Source: Candidatus Krumholzibacteriia bacterium
GTDB lineage: Bacteria > Krumholzibacteriota > Krumholzibacteriia > LZORAL124-64-63
Assembly: GCA_036351155.1 (NCBI GenBank)
Contig: JAZBOO010000299.1
Coordinates: 1 to 22,891, forward strand
DNA length: 22,891 nucleotides
Direction: 5' to 3'
Position 1 is the first letter of the stretch, and every line of letters begins with the position of its first letter. The notes under the pieces were generated by a model. That model was not told where the DNA came from and did no database searches. It saw only the letters and a list, made by a program, of their open reading frames with translations. This document shows positions 1-8,368 of the stretch, in pieces. The translations under genes and the position numbers were made by a program.

Positions 1-941
1 AACTGCCCGTCGATGACCATGGTGGCCAGGTTGTTGTCCGTGGTGGTCTGCAGGTCAGGGTATTCCTGCCACAGGGACCCGTCCCAGTGACGGACACCCA
101 GCTGGGACGAATCCTGTGGACGGTAGCGAAACGCCAGCACCGGATGCCCGTTCTGGTCAAAGGTCAGTTCCGGCTGGTAGGTGGTGTTATCACTGGTCAT
201 CTGTTCCGGGATGGTCCAGGACGCGCTGTCATGGTGGTAAACCAGGCAGTTGTCCTGGTTGTTGGTGACGGCCATCCAGATCAGGCCCGAGGGGTCGCAG
301 GCCATGTCGAAAATGTTCCGCACGCCCTGCATCAGAACGGTGCTGCCCCCCAGGGCTTCGAATGCGCCTCCGTTCCAGCGTGCCACCTGGTGGGTGGGCT
401 GGTTCATCGGGGGTGCGGCCAGGGAAAAGGCTCCCGCGGGATCGCCTCCGGGCTGGAGGGCCATCTGACAGTAGCCCACTTCCGCGCCGGCGGAGACCGC
501 GCCTGCTGATCCGCCCAGGTAGGCCCAGTCGCCCAGCAGAGGATCCCATCCTTCAGGCTCGGGCTCCTCCTCTTCCCACCTGGCGTACAGCTGCACATCG
601 GCACCGCCCATGAGGAAGGTGGATCCCGCCGAATGAGAGGTGCCGCTGCCGCTGGCGGCGGTGTTCCAGCCATCAAAGACATGGCCGGTGAGGGCAAGGG
701 TCCCGGGCTCCGCCACGGTCACCTGGTCGCCTGTTTCGTACTCCGTGGTGTCGGAAGGCACCTGGCCGGAGTCAGCGCCGTTGCCGTCGTAGTGCACGCG
801 GTAGGTGTCAGGGTCATTGTTCTGGTTCGGAGGCGAAGTGGGTGAGGAATCATCGCCGGAGCAGGCGGCCAGTGTGGAAATGATCAACAGGATCAAGATC
901 AAGGTGGTGATCTTCACGGAATGCTCGGGGAAGCTCTTCAT
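1..941 (-). CDS. Lipoprotein with a Listeria-Bacteroides repeat (InlB B-repeat/Flg_new-like) domain and a probable beta-propeller region; 3'-truncated by the window edge
   Basis: Not in the ORF track; translated by hand from ATG 941 (GGAG RBS upstream): MKSFPEHSVKITTLILILLIISTLAAC-SGDDSSPTSPP (lipobox LAAC), then YRVHYDGNGADSGQVP...GHVFDGWNTAASGSG...DVQLYARW (B-repeat pattern), then repeats such as VARWNG and VRHWDG. The frame is open to the window edge. Confidence 0.8.
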   Translation of the reverse strand, partial: MKSFPEHSVKITTLILILLIISTLAACSGDDSSPTSPPNQNNDPDTYRVHYDGNGADSGQVPSDTTEYETGDQVTVAEPGTLALTGHVFDGWNTAASGSGTSHSAGSTFLMGGADVQLYARWEEEEPEPEGWDPLLGDWAYLGGSAGAVSAGAEVGYCQMALQPGGDPAGAFSLAAPPMNQPTHQVARWNGGAFEALGGSTVLMQGVRNIFDMACDPSGLIWMAVTNNQDNCLVYHHDSASWTIPEQMTSDNTTYQPELTFDQNGHPVLAFRYRPQDSSQLGVRHWDGSLWQEYPDLQTTTDNNLATMVIDGQ

Positions 942-1023
942 GTTTTGCTCCAGGTTGTGCCGTTGGCCGGTAGAGGAGAATCTTCACCGGGTAAACACGG
1001 AGCGGGGGGTGGAGAGAGTTGCG

Positions 1024-1560
1024 CTATCCTGAAGTTTTTTTGAGCTCTTCCCTCAGCAATACCCGGGCGGTGTGCAGGCGGGAACGCACCGTGGAAACGG
1101 GTAAGCCGGTGACCATGGCCATTTCCGCATACGAGAACTCGAGGAAGTGCCGCAGGATCAAGAGCACCCGGTACTTGTCATCCAGGGCGGTGAGCCCCAG
1201 CCGTACCCGAGCGGCGCGTTCCTGGGCCTCGATCTGGGCGTCGGGGGTGGGATCCGGGCACCTGAGGTCCTGGTTCGCCAATGACTGGGTGAACCTGTTG
1301 CGGTGGATCTGATTCAGCGCACGGTTGATGGCAATCCGGTACACCCAGCTGAAGAACCGATGGTTCGGATTGAAACGGTGGATGTTCTCGTAGGTGGCGA
1401 TGAAGGCGTCCTGGGTGACGTCGGCGGCAGCATCGGCGTCTCCAAGAAACTGGAAAACGGAACGCTTCAGGGAGGGCTCGTATTCCCGGACAAGCTGGGC
1501 AAATGCGCCAGGGCGTCCCTCCTGGACCTGCTGAACCAGGTCCTGATCCCAAGTGGTCAC
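1024..1560 (-). CDS. ECF-type RNA polymerase sigma-70 factor
   Basis: Region 2 DVTQDAFI...FFSWVYRIAIN and region 4 FSYAEMAMVTGLPVSTVRSRLHTAR; 178 aa; GTG start is approximate. Confidence 0.92.
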   Translation of the reverse strand: MTTWDQDLVQQVQEGRPGAFAQLVREYEPSLKRSVFQFLGDADAAADVTQDAFIATYENIHRFNPNHRFFSWVYRIAINRALNQIHRNRFTQSLANQDLRCPDPTPDAQIEAQERAARVRLGLTALDDKYRVLLILRHFLEFSYAEMAMVTGLPVSTVRSRLHTARVLLREELKKTSG

Positions 1561-1600
1561 GACCTACCAACCTTTGCCTCCCCCAGGCAGATAGACAGGT

Positions 1601-1654
1601 TAAACAAGGGGACCGGGGCCCGCCATTTGCCCGGTGGGCGAGTCCCGGCCCCCG
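1601..1654 (-). terminator. Probable intrinsic terminator after the 1669..2610 gene
   Basis: On the minus strand a GC-rich imperfect inverted repeat (GGGGCCGGG...CCCGGTCCCC) is followed by TTGTTT. Confidence 0.5.
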
Positions 1655-1668
1655 CTTGTGAAATCTCT

Positions 1669-2610
1669 TCAACGCACCAGGGTTATCCGATTGGTGGACA
1701 CCATTTGTCCGGCCTTCACCCGGAACAGGTAGGCGCCCGAGGCCACCTGGCGGCCTTGCTCATCGGTGCCCTGCCAGCACATGGTGACCGGTCCGGCCGC
1801 CATGAACTCACCTTGTGCCAGCCGCTTGACCAGGCGGCCGGAAATGTCGAACACTTCCACGTCCACCGCGGCCGGCGACTTCAGCTCGAAGTTGATGCTG
1901 GTCATGGGGTTGGCTGGATTTGGCGCTCCCGTGACACCCCCCAGGAGTCCGGCCTCGGGGTCGGTGAAGTGGGGGTCGATGCCGTCGCCATCGTGGTTGT
2001 TCACGAACGCCTTCACCAGCTTGTAGACCGGGCTGTCCTGCAATGAACACGAGACGATGCCGCAATGCTCGTTGTACCAGAAGTTGCAGTTTTCCACCCG
2101 ACCGTCGGGGTAGATCTCCGACAGGAAAACGCGAAAACACTCGAACGCCCCGGCCGGGCAGGTGATCCGCGCCTCTTCCAGGACGGCAAACACGAAGTGG
2201 ACCTGGGAGTCCACGTCATCCGGGTTTGGTTGGGCAGGCCGGCTTTCCTTCCAGGTCTGGCCCACGGTCAGGGGGGCATCGACCCAGAGAATGGGATCCT
2301 CGTAAAGCTGTTCGGGCAATTTTCCGTGGTAGAAGACATCGCCTGCGCTGTTGCGGCTGAAGATCCGGTCCTCGGAGGAGAGGACCTGTTGCCCCAGCAG
2401 AATTTCCCGGTGCATCTTGACCAGACCGCTCTGGTAAGGGGTGACCACGGTGTGCATGCGCTGGGGCGCAGTGTCACTCCAGCTCACGGAGTTGAACCAC
2501 TTCTCGGTGTTCACGGTCAGGTTGACATAGCTGGAGCCCAGGGCGGCGCTTGCGGAAAGCAGAAGTATGCCCAGGACGCAGAACGAAAGGATAATGCTGA
2601 CGGTTTTCAT
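1669..2610 (-). CDS. Secreted protein with an uncharacterised beta-rich N-terminal domain and a C-terminal FlgD-Ig/secretion-tail domain
   Basis: ATG 2610 with GGAGG RBS; signal peptide MKTVSIILSFCVLGILLLSASAALG; ITCPAGAFEC motif; tail APNPANPMTSINF...VFDISGRLVKRL...WQGTDEQGRQVASGAYLFRV. Confidence 0.85.
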   Translation of the reverse strand: MKTVSIILSFCVLGILLLSASAALGSSYVNLTVNTEKWFNSVSWSDTAPQRMHTVVTPYQSGLVKMHREILLGQQVLSSEDRIFSRNSAGDVFYHGKLPEQLYEDPILWVDAPLTVGQTWKESRPAQPNPDDVDSQVHFVFAVLEEARITCPAGAFECFRVFLSEIYPDGRVENCNFWYNEHCGIVSCSLQDSPVYKLVKAFVNNHDGDGIDPHFTDPEAGLLGGVTGAPNPANPMTSINFELKSPAAVDVEVFDISGRLVKRLAQGEFMAAGPVTMCWQGTDEQGRQVASGAYLFRVKAGQMVSTNRITLVR

Positions 2611-2767
2611 AGTGTTCCCTCCTGACAAGGCCATGACATTCCGGCGTGTCCAGTGCCGGGGAACAGCTTTCCAGGAAGAAAATCAAACAATGTAAGCCGC
2701 GTCTGGGCATCGCCGCTTGAACACCAAATACAAACGAGGGGGCGGATCGTTCGGATATTTCTGAAGG

Positions 2768-3589
2768 TCAGGTGATGATCCTGGTCACAGCGCCCTCTCG
2801 GTGGAACATGGCCTGCCGCTTTACCCACAGCATGAGCCCCGCAATGCCCAGCAAAATAAAGGTGTCGTAGGGCTGGGCGTCGGGCCAGAGGGGGTTCATC
2901 AGCTGGAAATGCAGCACCCCGGCCAGCAGGATGCTCCCGCGCGTAGCGTGGAAGAGCGCACTGGCGATCACACTGATGGCCACGGTGCCGGCCAGGAAGG
3001 GGGTGAAGGACCAGGCGCTTTGCTGGGTGCCGCTCAGCAGAAACGCGGGCAGATGCCAGAGGCCCCAGACCAGGCCCAGGATCAGGGCGGCCCAGACGGG
3101 AGCAACCCGGCGTTGCAGGAGGGGCAGGGCGTAACCGCGCCAGCCGAACTCCTCGATGGGGCCCTTGATGGCCGCCAGGGCCAGGGCCAGGAACAGCGAA
3201 CGCGCCGAGGTGAAGGGCCATGGCTCGGCAAACAGGGTGCCCTTCCACGCCGCTCCCAGGTAGAACACCGCCGGCAGGCCGATCAGCAGAAAGGCGGCCC
3301 AGTCCCGGGAACAACGCCAGAGGGTGGCTCTCCGGAGAAAACGGTCCAATCCGCGGGCTCCCTCATGGCGGGCCACGAGGCCAAAGGCCGCAATCGCGGG
3401 GGCGTAAACCGCCAGGTAGAACAGCGGATGATTGCCGGTCAGCTGGCCGAAGGTGGCAGCCATCTGGTCGGGCAGGAGAATGAAGAGCGCCAGGATACCC
3501 CAGGCCAGCCCGAAGGTGACGGCCAGGAAGGGCACGAGGGAGCGGACGGGGATCCGGTCGGTCCGGGACTGGGTCGGTGAGGTGTTCAT
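2768..3589 (-). CDS. CPBP (Abi/CAAX type II) family intramembrane metalloprotease
   Basis: Multiple TM segments; EEFGWRG, WGLWHLP and the distal His (VLH) motifs. Confidence 0.92.
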   Translation of the reverse strand: MNTSPTQSRTDRIPVRSLVPFLAVTFGLAWGILALFILLPDQMAATFGQLTGNHPLFYLAVYAPAIAAFGLVARHEGARGLDRFLRRATLWRCSRDWAAFLLIGLPAVFYLGAAWKGTLFAEPWPFTSARSLFLALALAAIKGPIEEFGWRGYALPLLQRRVAPVWAALILGLVWGLWHLPAFLLSGTQQSAWSFTPFLAGTVAISVIASALFHATRGSILLAGVLHFQLMNPLWPDAQPYDTFILLGIAGLMLWVKRQAMFHREGAVTRIIT

Positions 3590-3619
3590 GTCATGCTCCT
3601 GGGTTGGGGTTCCGGTTTT

Positions 3620-4513
3620 CTAGAAGCTGTATGCTGTTCTGAACAGGAAGGTTTGCTGGTGCCTGTCGACGGTGTACGGGCTGTCGGCCGCATCCCCGGT
3701 CAGGATCGTTTCGCTGTAGTACAGTGTCAGGCTGAACTCGGACGAAACGCGGTAGTTGACGTGGAGAGCCGCTTGATAATCCCGCAGGCCGGCGCCGGCT
3801 TCGAATCGGGTCAGGGCCTTGGTTTCCTGGTCGAGGGCGAACCACCCCTGGGCGTAGCTGCTGTCCATGAGCCCCAGGCTGGTCAGACCGGTGATGGTCA
3901 GAGCGTTGCTGACCTGGACAGGCAGCAAGTACTGGAGACGCAGGACAAAGCCATGCCGGTTGATCTCTTCGCGGTCCTTCTGCTCGAAGGTGGTGTTGAT
4001 GGGGTGGTAGCCGAGGGCGGTTTCCAGCACTCCCAGTCTGGTGGGGTACTGGAGCCTGGCCTCGAGGACCATCGGGGTGGTCACGTCCGGTGTGCCGGCC
4101 AGGCGCGCAAGTGTCCGTTCGTCATGTTCCACGGAGAAGCCGAGCACGGAATACTCATCGTGCCGGCGACGGTTGCCGAAGTTCGCCCGCAAGCTGGTGA
4201 GCAAACCCGAACGGGCGTTCCGGTGGGAAACCCCGAAGCCATCGAGCGGCAGGCCGATGAACCAGGTGGTGGAACCGGACTGCCGGGTGGCCCGGATTTC
4301 CGGCACCGGGGTGACATAGTGCTCGCTCGAACCGAGGTAGGTGTTGGCCACCAGGAAGCCGGCGTCGGCGGAGAGGTTCCAGTTTGATTCGGCATGGGCG
4401 GCCGGTGTCATCCGCAACACTGACAGCACCGCCACAATGATCAGCAGGACTTGTCGTTCATGGCTCCCGGCCTTGAGGTGTCTGGTCTGGCCGGTCCTGG
4501 ATCCCGTCTTCAT
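3620..4513 (-). CDS. MipA/OmpV family outer-membrane protein
   Basis: Signal peptide ending AAHA; YLGS...VTPVP near the N-terminus; YAQGWF; LTGDAADSP; C-terminal aromatic strand ending AYSF. Confidence 0.8.
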   Translation of the reverse strand: MKTGSRTGQTRHLKAGSHERQVLLIIVAVLSVLRMTPAAHAESNWNLSADAGFLVANTYLGSSEHYVTPVPEIRATRQSGSTTWFIGLPLDGFGVSHRNARSGLLTSLRANFGNRRRHDEYSVLGFSVEHDERTLARLAGTPDVTTPMVLEARLQYPTRLGVLETALGYHPINTTFEQKDREEINRHGFVLRLQYLLPVQVSNALTITGLTSLGLMDSSYAQGWFALDQETKALTRFEAGAGLRDYQAALHVNYRVSSEFSLTLYYSETILTGDAADSPYTVDRHQQTFLFRTAYSF

Positions 4514-4731
4514 GGTCGTTCCACTTTCTCGCTGGTGGGCCGTATAATCCGCAGGGTTTCAAGCGGAATAAGCGGGAATCATGCCATTGATTAAGTGGTT
4601 TGATATCAGTGGTTTGATGTGTTTTGACGTCTGGCGGGTGTGACGGGGGACCACAGTTCCGGGAGTCGGAACGGGCCACCTGTGAAGAATGACGACAGAA
4701 TGACCTGCCGCCGGGAAGGGAGAAGTGAAGC

Positions 4732-5673
4732 TTACCGCAAGGCCGCCTTGGGCGTGCGGTCGGCGTGGTACAGGCCCCAGTGCTTCTCGACCTCGTCGGG
4801 GTGGGGGCCGCCCTTCCAGTTCTCGTCGAAGACCTCGAAGAAGAACATGGTCACCTTGCTGGCGCGGGCCCAGGCCCTGGCTTCGTCGAAGAACACCTTC
4901 TGTTCGGCCTCGCCGAAGGCGCCCTTGATCAGCCGGGCCTGTTCACCCTCGTTGTGCACCATGGTGGCCCAGCCGGTTTCGCCCAGGACCACCAGGCGGT
5001 CGGGGTGTCGCGACTTGATGTCCGTCACCTGCTCGTCAAGCCAGGTCACCGACTGCTCCAGCTGCAGACCGTTCCACAGGGGATGGGCGTGCATGGTGAT
5101 GAAGTCCAGCTCCGGAGAGAGGGTCTGGCTTTCGGGCTTGTTCCAGTAGTTGTAGTCATCGGCCACGGTCACCGGCACAGTCACGGCTTCTCGGACCTGG
5201 CGCACGTGGCGGATCAGGTCCTCCAGAGGACTGACATGGGCCGACCATGACACCTGCGTCTCGTTGCCCACGCAGACGGCGGTCACGATGTCGGGGAAGG
5301 CTTCGGCCAGCCCGATGCCTGCGGAGATCTCGTCCTGGTTGGCCCGCGCAGCGTCAGGCGCGATCCAGATGCCGAGCATCACCTTCAGGGGTAGCTGGTC
5401 TTCGTGAATGATCTGCAGGATGTCTTCTGCTGGCCCCGTTGCTCCGTAGATACGCATCAGTCCCCAATGCGACGCAATCAGGTGAAGATCTTCACGCAGC
5501 TCCGCGACCGAGGGGTGGGGACCATCAGGCCCCTGTCCGTCACGGTGAGGGCCGTAGCACACGGCCTCGACGCCCAGCGGTTCAAAGGGACGCACGGTGA
5601 ACTCCGCCTCGGACCCTCCGTCACATCCGCCCACCAGCAACGGGAGCATCAAGATGGAGATGAGCACTCTCAT
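4732..5673 (-). CDS. GH17 family beta-1,3-glucanase/glucanosyltransferase, lipoprotein
   Basis: Lipobox-like VGGC; CYGPHRDGQ, MRIYG, VGNE (acid/base), LGETGWAT (nucleophile), FEVFDENWK, EKHWGL. The start overlaps the transporter stop (ATGA). Confidence 0.9.
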   Translation of the reverse strand: MRVLISILMLPLLVGGCDGGSEAEFTVRPFEPLGVEAVCYGPHRDGQGPDGPHPSVAELREDLHLIASHWGLMRIYGATGPAEDILQIIHEDQLPLKVMLGIWIAPDAARANQDEISAGIGLAEAFPDIVTAVCVGNETQVSWSAHVSPLEDLIRHVRQVREAVTVPVTVADDYNYWNKPESQTLSPELDFITMHAHPLWNGLQLEQSVTWLDEQVTDIKSRHPDRLVVLGETGWATMVHNEGEQARLIKGAFGEAEQKVFFDEARAWARASKVTMFFFEVFDENWKGGPHPDEVEKHWGLYHADRTPKAALR

Positions 5674-7109
5674 GACTTGCCTCTCCGGGCTTCCAGTTCC
5701 AGGCGCACCTCATGTGCCCGTTCCTCGGTGATGGGGAAGGTGGCCACGGCCCAGATGGCGATGGCCGAGGTCAGCATGGGAACACCGGCGTCGAACAGGC
5801 GCAGCATGAAGATGGTGTGCTCGCTCTGGGGCCCGTCCAGGGCCACATCGAATCCCGTGGCGTTCAGCATGTAGCCGCTGCCCACCAGGGCGGCGGACAG
5901 GCCCAGCTTGACCATCCACCAGAAGATCGATCCGAACATGCCCTCTCGTCGCTGGTGTGTCTGCACTTCATCGAAATCCACCACGTCGGCGATCATCGAC
6001 GGCACGATGGTGAAAAGCCCGCCCAGCCCGAAGGCCATCAAGGGTGCAGGCAGCAGGACCAGCCAGGGGATCTCGGGGTTGTAGCACACCCATTTCAACC
6101 CATAGCCGACAATGGACAGTCCGATGGACCAGAAGAACGCATGGCGCTTCCCGATGCGCGAGGAGAGCCAGGTCACGAAGACGACCACCGCAAAGGTGCA
6201 GATGGCGCCCACCGAGCCGGCCCGACCGATCCAGGTGGAGCCCGCATCGGTGTCCCCACCGAACACGTAATAGATCAGGACATAGGACTGGAAAGAGGCG
6301 ATCAGCATGAACCCGTTGAACACCAGCAGGGCCGCCAGGCAAAGCTTGAGGAAGGGCTTGTTGGACATGGTGATCTTGAAGCCCTGGAAGAAATCTCTCA
6401 TGGCATGACCGACCGAGCGTCGAGGAGTATCTGGATCTGCCTCGGCCGCGATGCTGGCCATTCTCTCCCTGAGCACGATGGCCGGGATGATGCCCAGCAG
6501 AATGGTCACCACCCCGATGACGATGGCCAGACCGCGGGCGCCCTCGATCTGATCGGCGAACCAGCTGTCATTCTCCATGATTTTAAGGAACCACGGAGAG
6601 GCGACGAAGGCCAGCTGACCGATGAAGTTCTGGGTGCCCATCAGGCGGGTGCGCTCGTGGTAGTCGGGCGTCAGCTCGTAGCCCAGGGCCACCCACGGTG
6701 TGGCAAACACCGTGTAGGCCATGTAAAAGAGGATGGACATGCCCAGGAAGTAGATGAAGTAGAACGTATGGCTGTGGCCACGTGGCAGGAACCACAGCAG
6801 GGCAAAAAGAACACCCACCAGGATGGCGCCGCCGAATATGAACGGGCGTCGTCGACCCCAGCGCGTCTGGGTATTGTCCGAGATGAAGCCCATCATGGGG
6901 TCGGTGAAGGCATCGGTGATCCGGGGCAATGCTCCCAGCCAGCCAACCCAGGCCGGGTTCATGCCCAGACCCAGGTTCAGGACAATCATCATGCCGCCGC
7001 TGGCAGCACCCAGCAGATTGTTGACGAAGGCGCCCACGCCGTAGGCGACCTTGTGACCGAACTTGATCCGATCTTCCGGGGCGGTGAGATGGTGTGCTTT
7101 TGCGGTCAT
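5670..7109 (-). CDS. GPH (glycoside-pentoside-hexuronide)/MFS sugar:cation symporter
   Basis: DAFTDPMMGFISDNTQTRWGRRRPF, ELTPDYHERT, MIADVVD...RREGMF; about 12 TM segments. ATG 7109 is preferred because the longer TTG start at 7193 runs through the promoter/operator. Confidence 0.92.
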   Translation of the reverse strand: MTAKAHHLTAPEDRIKFGHKVAYGVGAFVNNLLGAASGGMMIVLNLGLGMNPAWVGWLGALPRITDAFTDPMMGFISDNTQTRWGRRRPFIFGGAILVGVLFALLWFLPRGHSHTFYFIYFLGMSILFYMAYTVFATPWVALGYELTPDYHERTRLMGTQNFIGQLAFVASPWFLKIMENDSWFADQIEGARGLAIVIGVVTILLGIIPAIVLRERMASIAAEADPDTPRRSVGHAMRDFFQGFKITMSNKPFLKLCLAALLVFNGFMLIASFQSYVLIYYVFGGDTDAGSTWIGRAGSVGAICTFAVVVFVTWLSSRIGKRHAFFWSIGLSIVGYGLKWVCYNPEIPWLVLLPAPLMAFGLGGLFTIVPSMIADVVDFDEVQTHQRREGMFGSIFWWMVKLGLSAALVGSGYMLNATGFDVALDGPQSEHTIFMLRLFDAGVPMLTSAIAIWAVATFPITEERAHEVRLELEARRGKS

Positions 7110-7144
7110 GCGTGTTCCCGTCTGGTTGCGGGGAAGAGGCAAGT

Positions 7145-7193
7145 CTTTGTACGGATTTCGAACAAAGTATCCTGAATGGTCAATACCGGTCAA
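7145..7193 (-). promoter_or_regulatory. Putative sigma70 promoter with operator copy 1, upstream of the transporter-GH17 operon
   Basis: Minus strand reads TTGACC (7193-7188), N16, GATACT, directly followed by the near-palindrome CTTTGTACGG-ATT-TCGAACAAAG (7145-7167, + strand). Confidence 0.65.
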
Positions 7194-7443
7194 GTGGAAA
7201 TCACATGAAACTTGGTGTCATCAATTTTTTTTGAAAGAGTAAAGGGCGCCTTTTCCTGGCCCCCTGCGGAATTTTCCAGGGAGGCGGGAAACAATATAGA
7301 TTTGGTAGGCTTTTCATTGTGGGCAGCTTCTGAGTTGATGATTGAGTTGAAAACTGTCGGTACGGGGTTCCCGCAATGACACCATCTCCGCGGCACGGTT
7401 CATCCCCAGCGAAATATTTTCTCACATAAAAGCAATTTTAGAC

Positions 7444-7473
7444 TTGATTCGGTTTCCGAACATAGTCTATAAT
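7444..7473 (+). promoter_or_regulatory. Sigma70 promoter with operator copy 2 in the spacer
   Basis: TTGATT-N18-TATAAT containing TTCGG-TTT-CCGAACA. Confidence 0.75.
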
Positions 7474-7587
7474 AGCTCCATCAACATCCTTCGCGCGCGG
7501 GCTTCGCCGTCATCTCCTTGCCCACTGGAGTGGCGTACCAGACCGCAGATAACATGTGGGTCACCCATTGAACGAGAGGTCAGAGAA

Positions 7588-8304
7588 ATGAAGTTCAACG
7601 TTAAAGCACTGTTTGCCATGGCTGCCCTGGTGTGCCTGATTCCTGCCGCCAGCTTTGCCGCCGTCGGTTCCTACGCCCAGGACTTTGAAGGCATGAACCC
7701 GGCCGACAACGCCGCCCTGGCCAATGATGGCTGGCTGATCTTCGCCAACGTTTTCGCTCCGGACATGAGCTACCTGTATGGCTATGGCGTGTTCACCGCC
7801 CCCAACAACAGCGGCAACTTCTGCCAGGTGGACATCAACCAGGGTGGCGCCGAGCAGGGCATGAACCAGCTGGCCGTCTTCAGTGACTATGCCAATGTCG
7901 ATCACGCCGCTGGCAACATCATCGAGGCCCTGGTTTTCCAGGAGCGCCCCATCGAAGCGGGCGACGAGGGCACTTACGTCTTCACCTACCAGGGCAAGCG
8001 CGGAAACCTCGAGGGTTCTTCCACCGCCCTGGCTTACATCAAGACCCTGGATCCCAACGCCGGTTACGCGACGACCAATTACATCACCCTGGACATGACC
8101 ACCGCCCCGACCGACTGGGCCAGCTACGAGCTGAGCATCGAAGTCGACAGCAGCCTGGTGGGTCAGTTGCTTCAGATCGGTTTCCAGAACATGGCCACCA
8201 ACTACGAGGGCTCGGCCGTTTTCTACGACAACATCCTGTTCGGCCTGGATTCGGTGGCCACCGAGCCCAGCACCATGGGCGGGATCAAGTCTCTGTACCG
8301 TTAA
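7588..8304 (+). CDS. Secreted beta-sandwich (candidate carbohydrate-binding) protein with a short C-terminal tag; paralog of 14139..15113
   Basis: ATG 7588 after GAGG; signal peptide MKFNVKALFAMAALVCLIPAASFA; domain bounded by QDFE...FYDNI; ends SVATEPSTMGGIKSLYR. Confidence 0.85.
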   Translation: MKFNVKALFAMAALVCLIPAASFAAVGSYAQDFEGMNPADNAALANDGWLIFANVFAPDMSYLYGYGVFTAPNNSGNFCQVDINQGGAEQGMNQLAVFSDYANVDHAAGNIIEALVFQERPIEAGDEGTYVFTYQGKRGNLEGSSTALAYIKTLDPNAGYATTNYITLDMTTAPTDWASYELSIEVDSSLVGQLLQIGFQNMATNYEGSAVFYDNILFGLDSVATEPSTMGGIKSLYR

Positions 8305-8321
8305 TTTCTGGGTGCGTCGAT

Positions 8322-8353
8322 AAAAAAAGGCCCGACTTCGGTCGGGCCTTTTT
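8322..8353. terminator. Bidirectional intrinsic terminator
   Basis: AAAAAAAGGCCCGAC-TTCG-GTCGGGCCTTTTT between convergent genes. Confidence 0.92.
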
Positions 8354-8368
8354 GCGTCTGTACCTCGG

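Noticed and set aside
87..845. Short ORFs listed in the track at the left edge
   Set aside because: The region is explained by the minus-strand lipoprotein starting at 941, which the track omits, presumably because its stop is outside the window.
985..1022. ECF-type promoter (AAC...CGT) upstream of the 941 gene, and a similar one near 2730-2755
   Set aside because: Spacing is inconsistent between the two candidates and the motifs are too short to support.
2749..2760. GTTCGG half-site as a fourth operator
   Set aside because: No matching CCGAAC half at the 3-bp spacing.
2768..3589. CPBP/'Abi' protease as a phage-defence gene or as the peptidase for the short C-terminal tag
   Set aside because: The family is widespread with diverse roles, and nothing in the window links it to defence or to the tag beyond proximity.
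7213..7384. 9-bp inverted repeat TGGTGTCAT...ATGACACCA as possible MITE ends or ncRNA
   Set aside because: Too short to exceed chance in a region this size; no target-site duplication or second copy seen.
7444..7587. N-terminal extensions in the ORF track (starts at 7444, 7193, 15208, 15194, 16652, 2634, 9432)
   Set aside because: They run through promoters/operators or upstream genes, or precede better starts that have an RBS and an immediately following signal peptide or family N-terminus.
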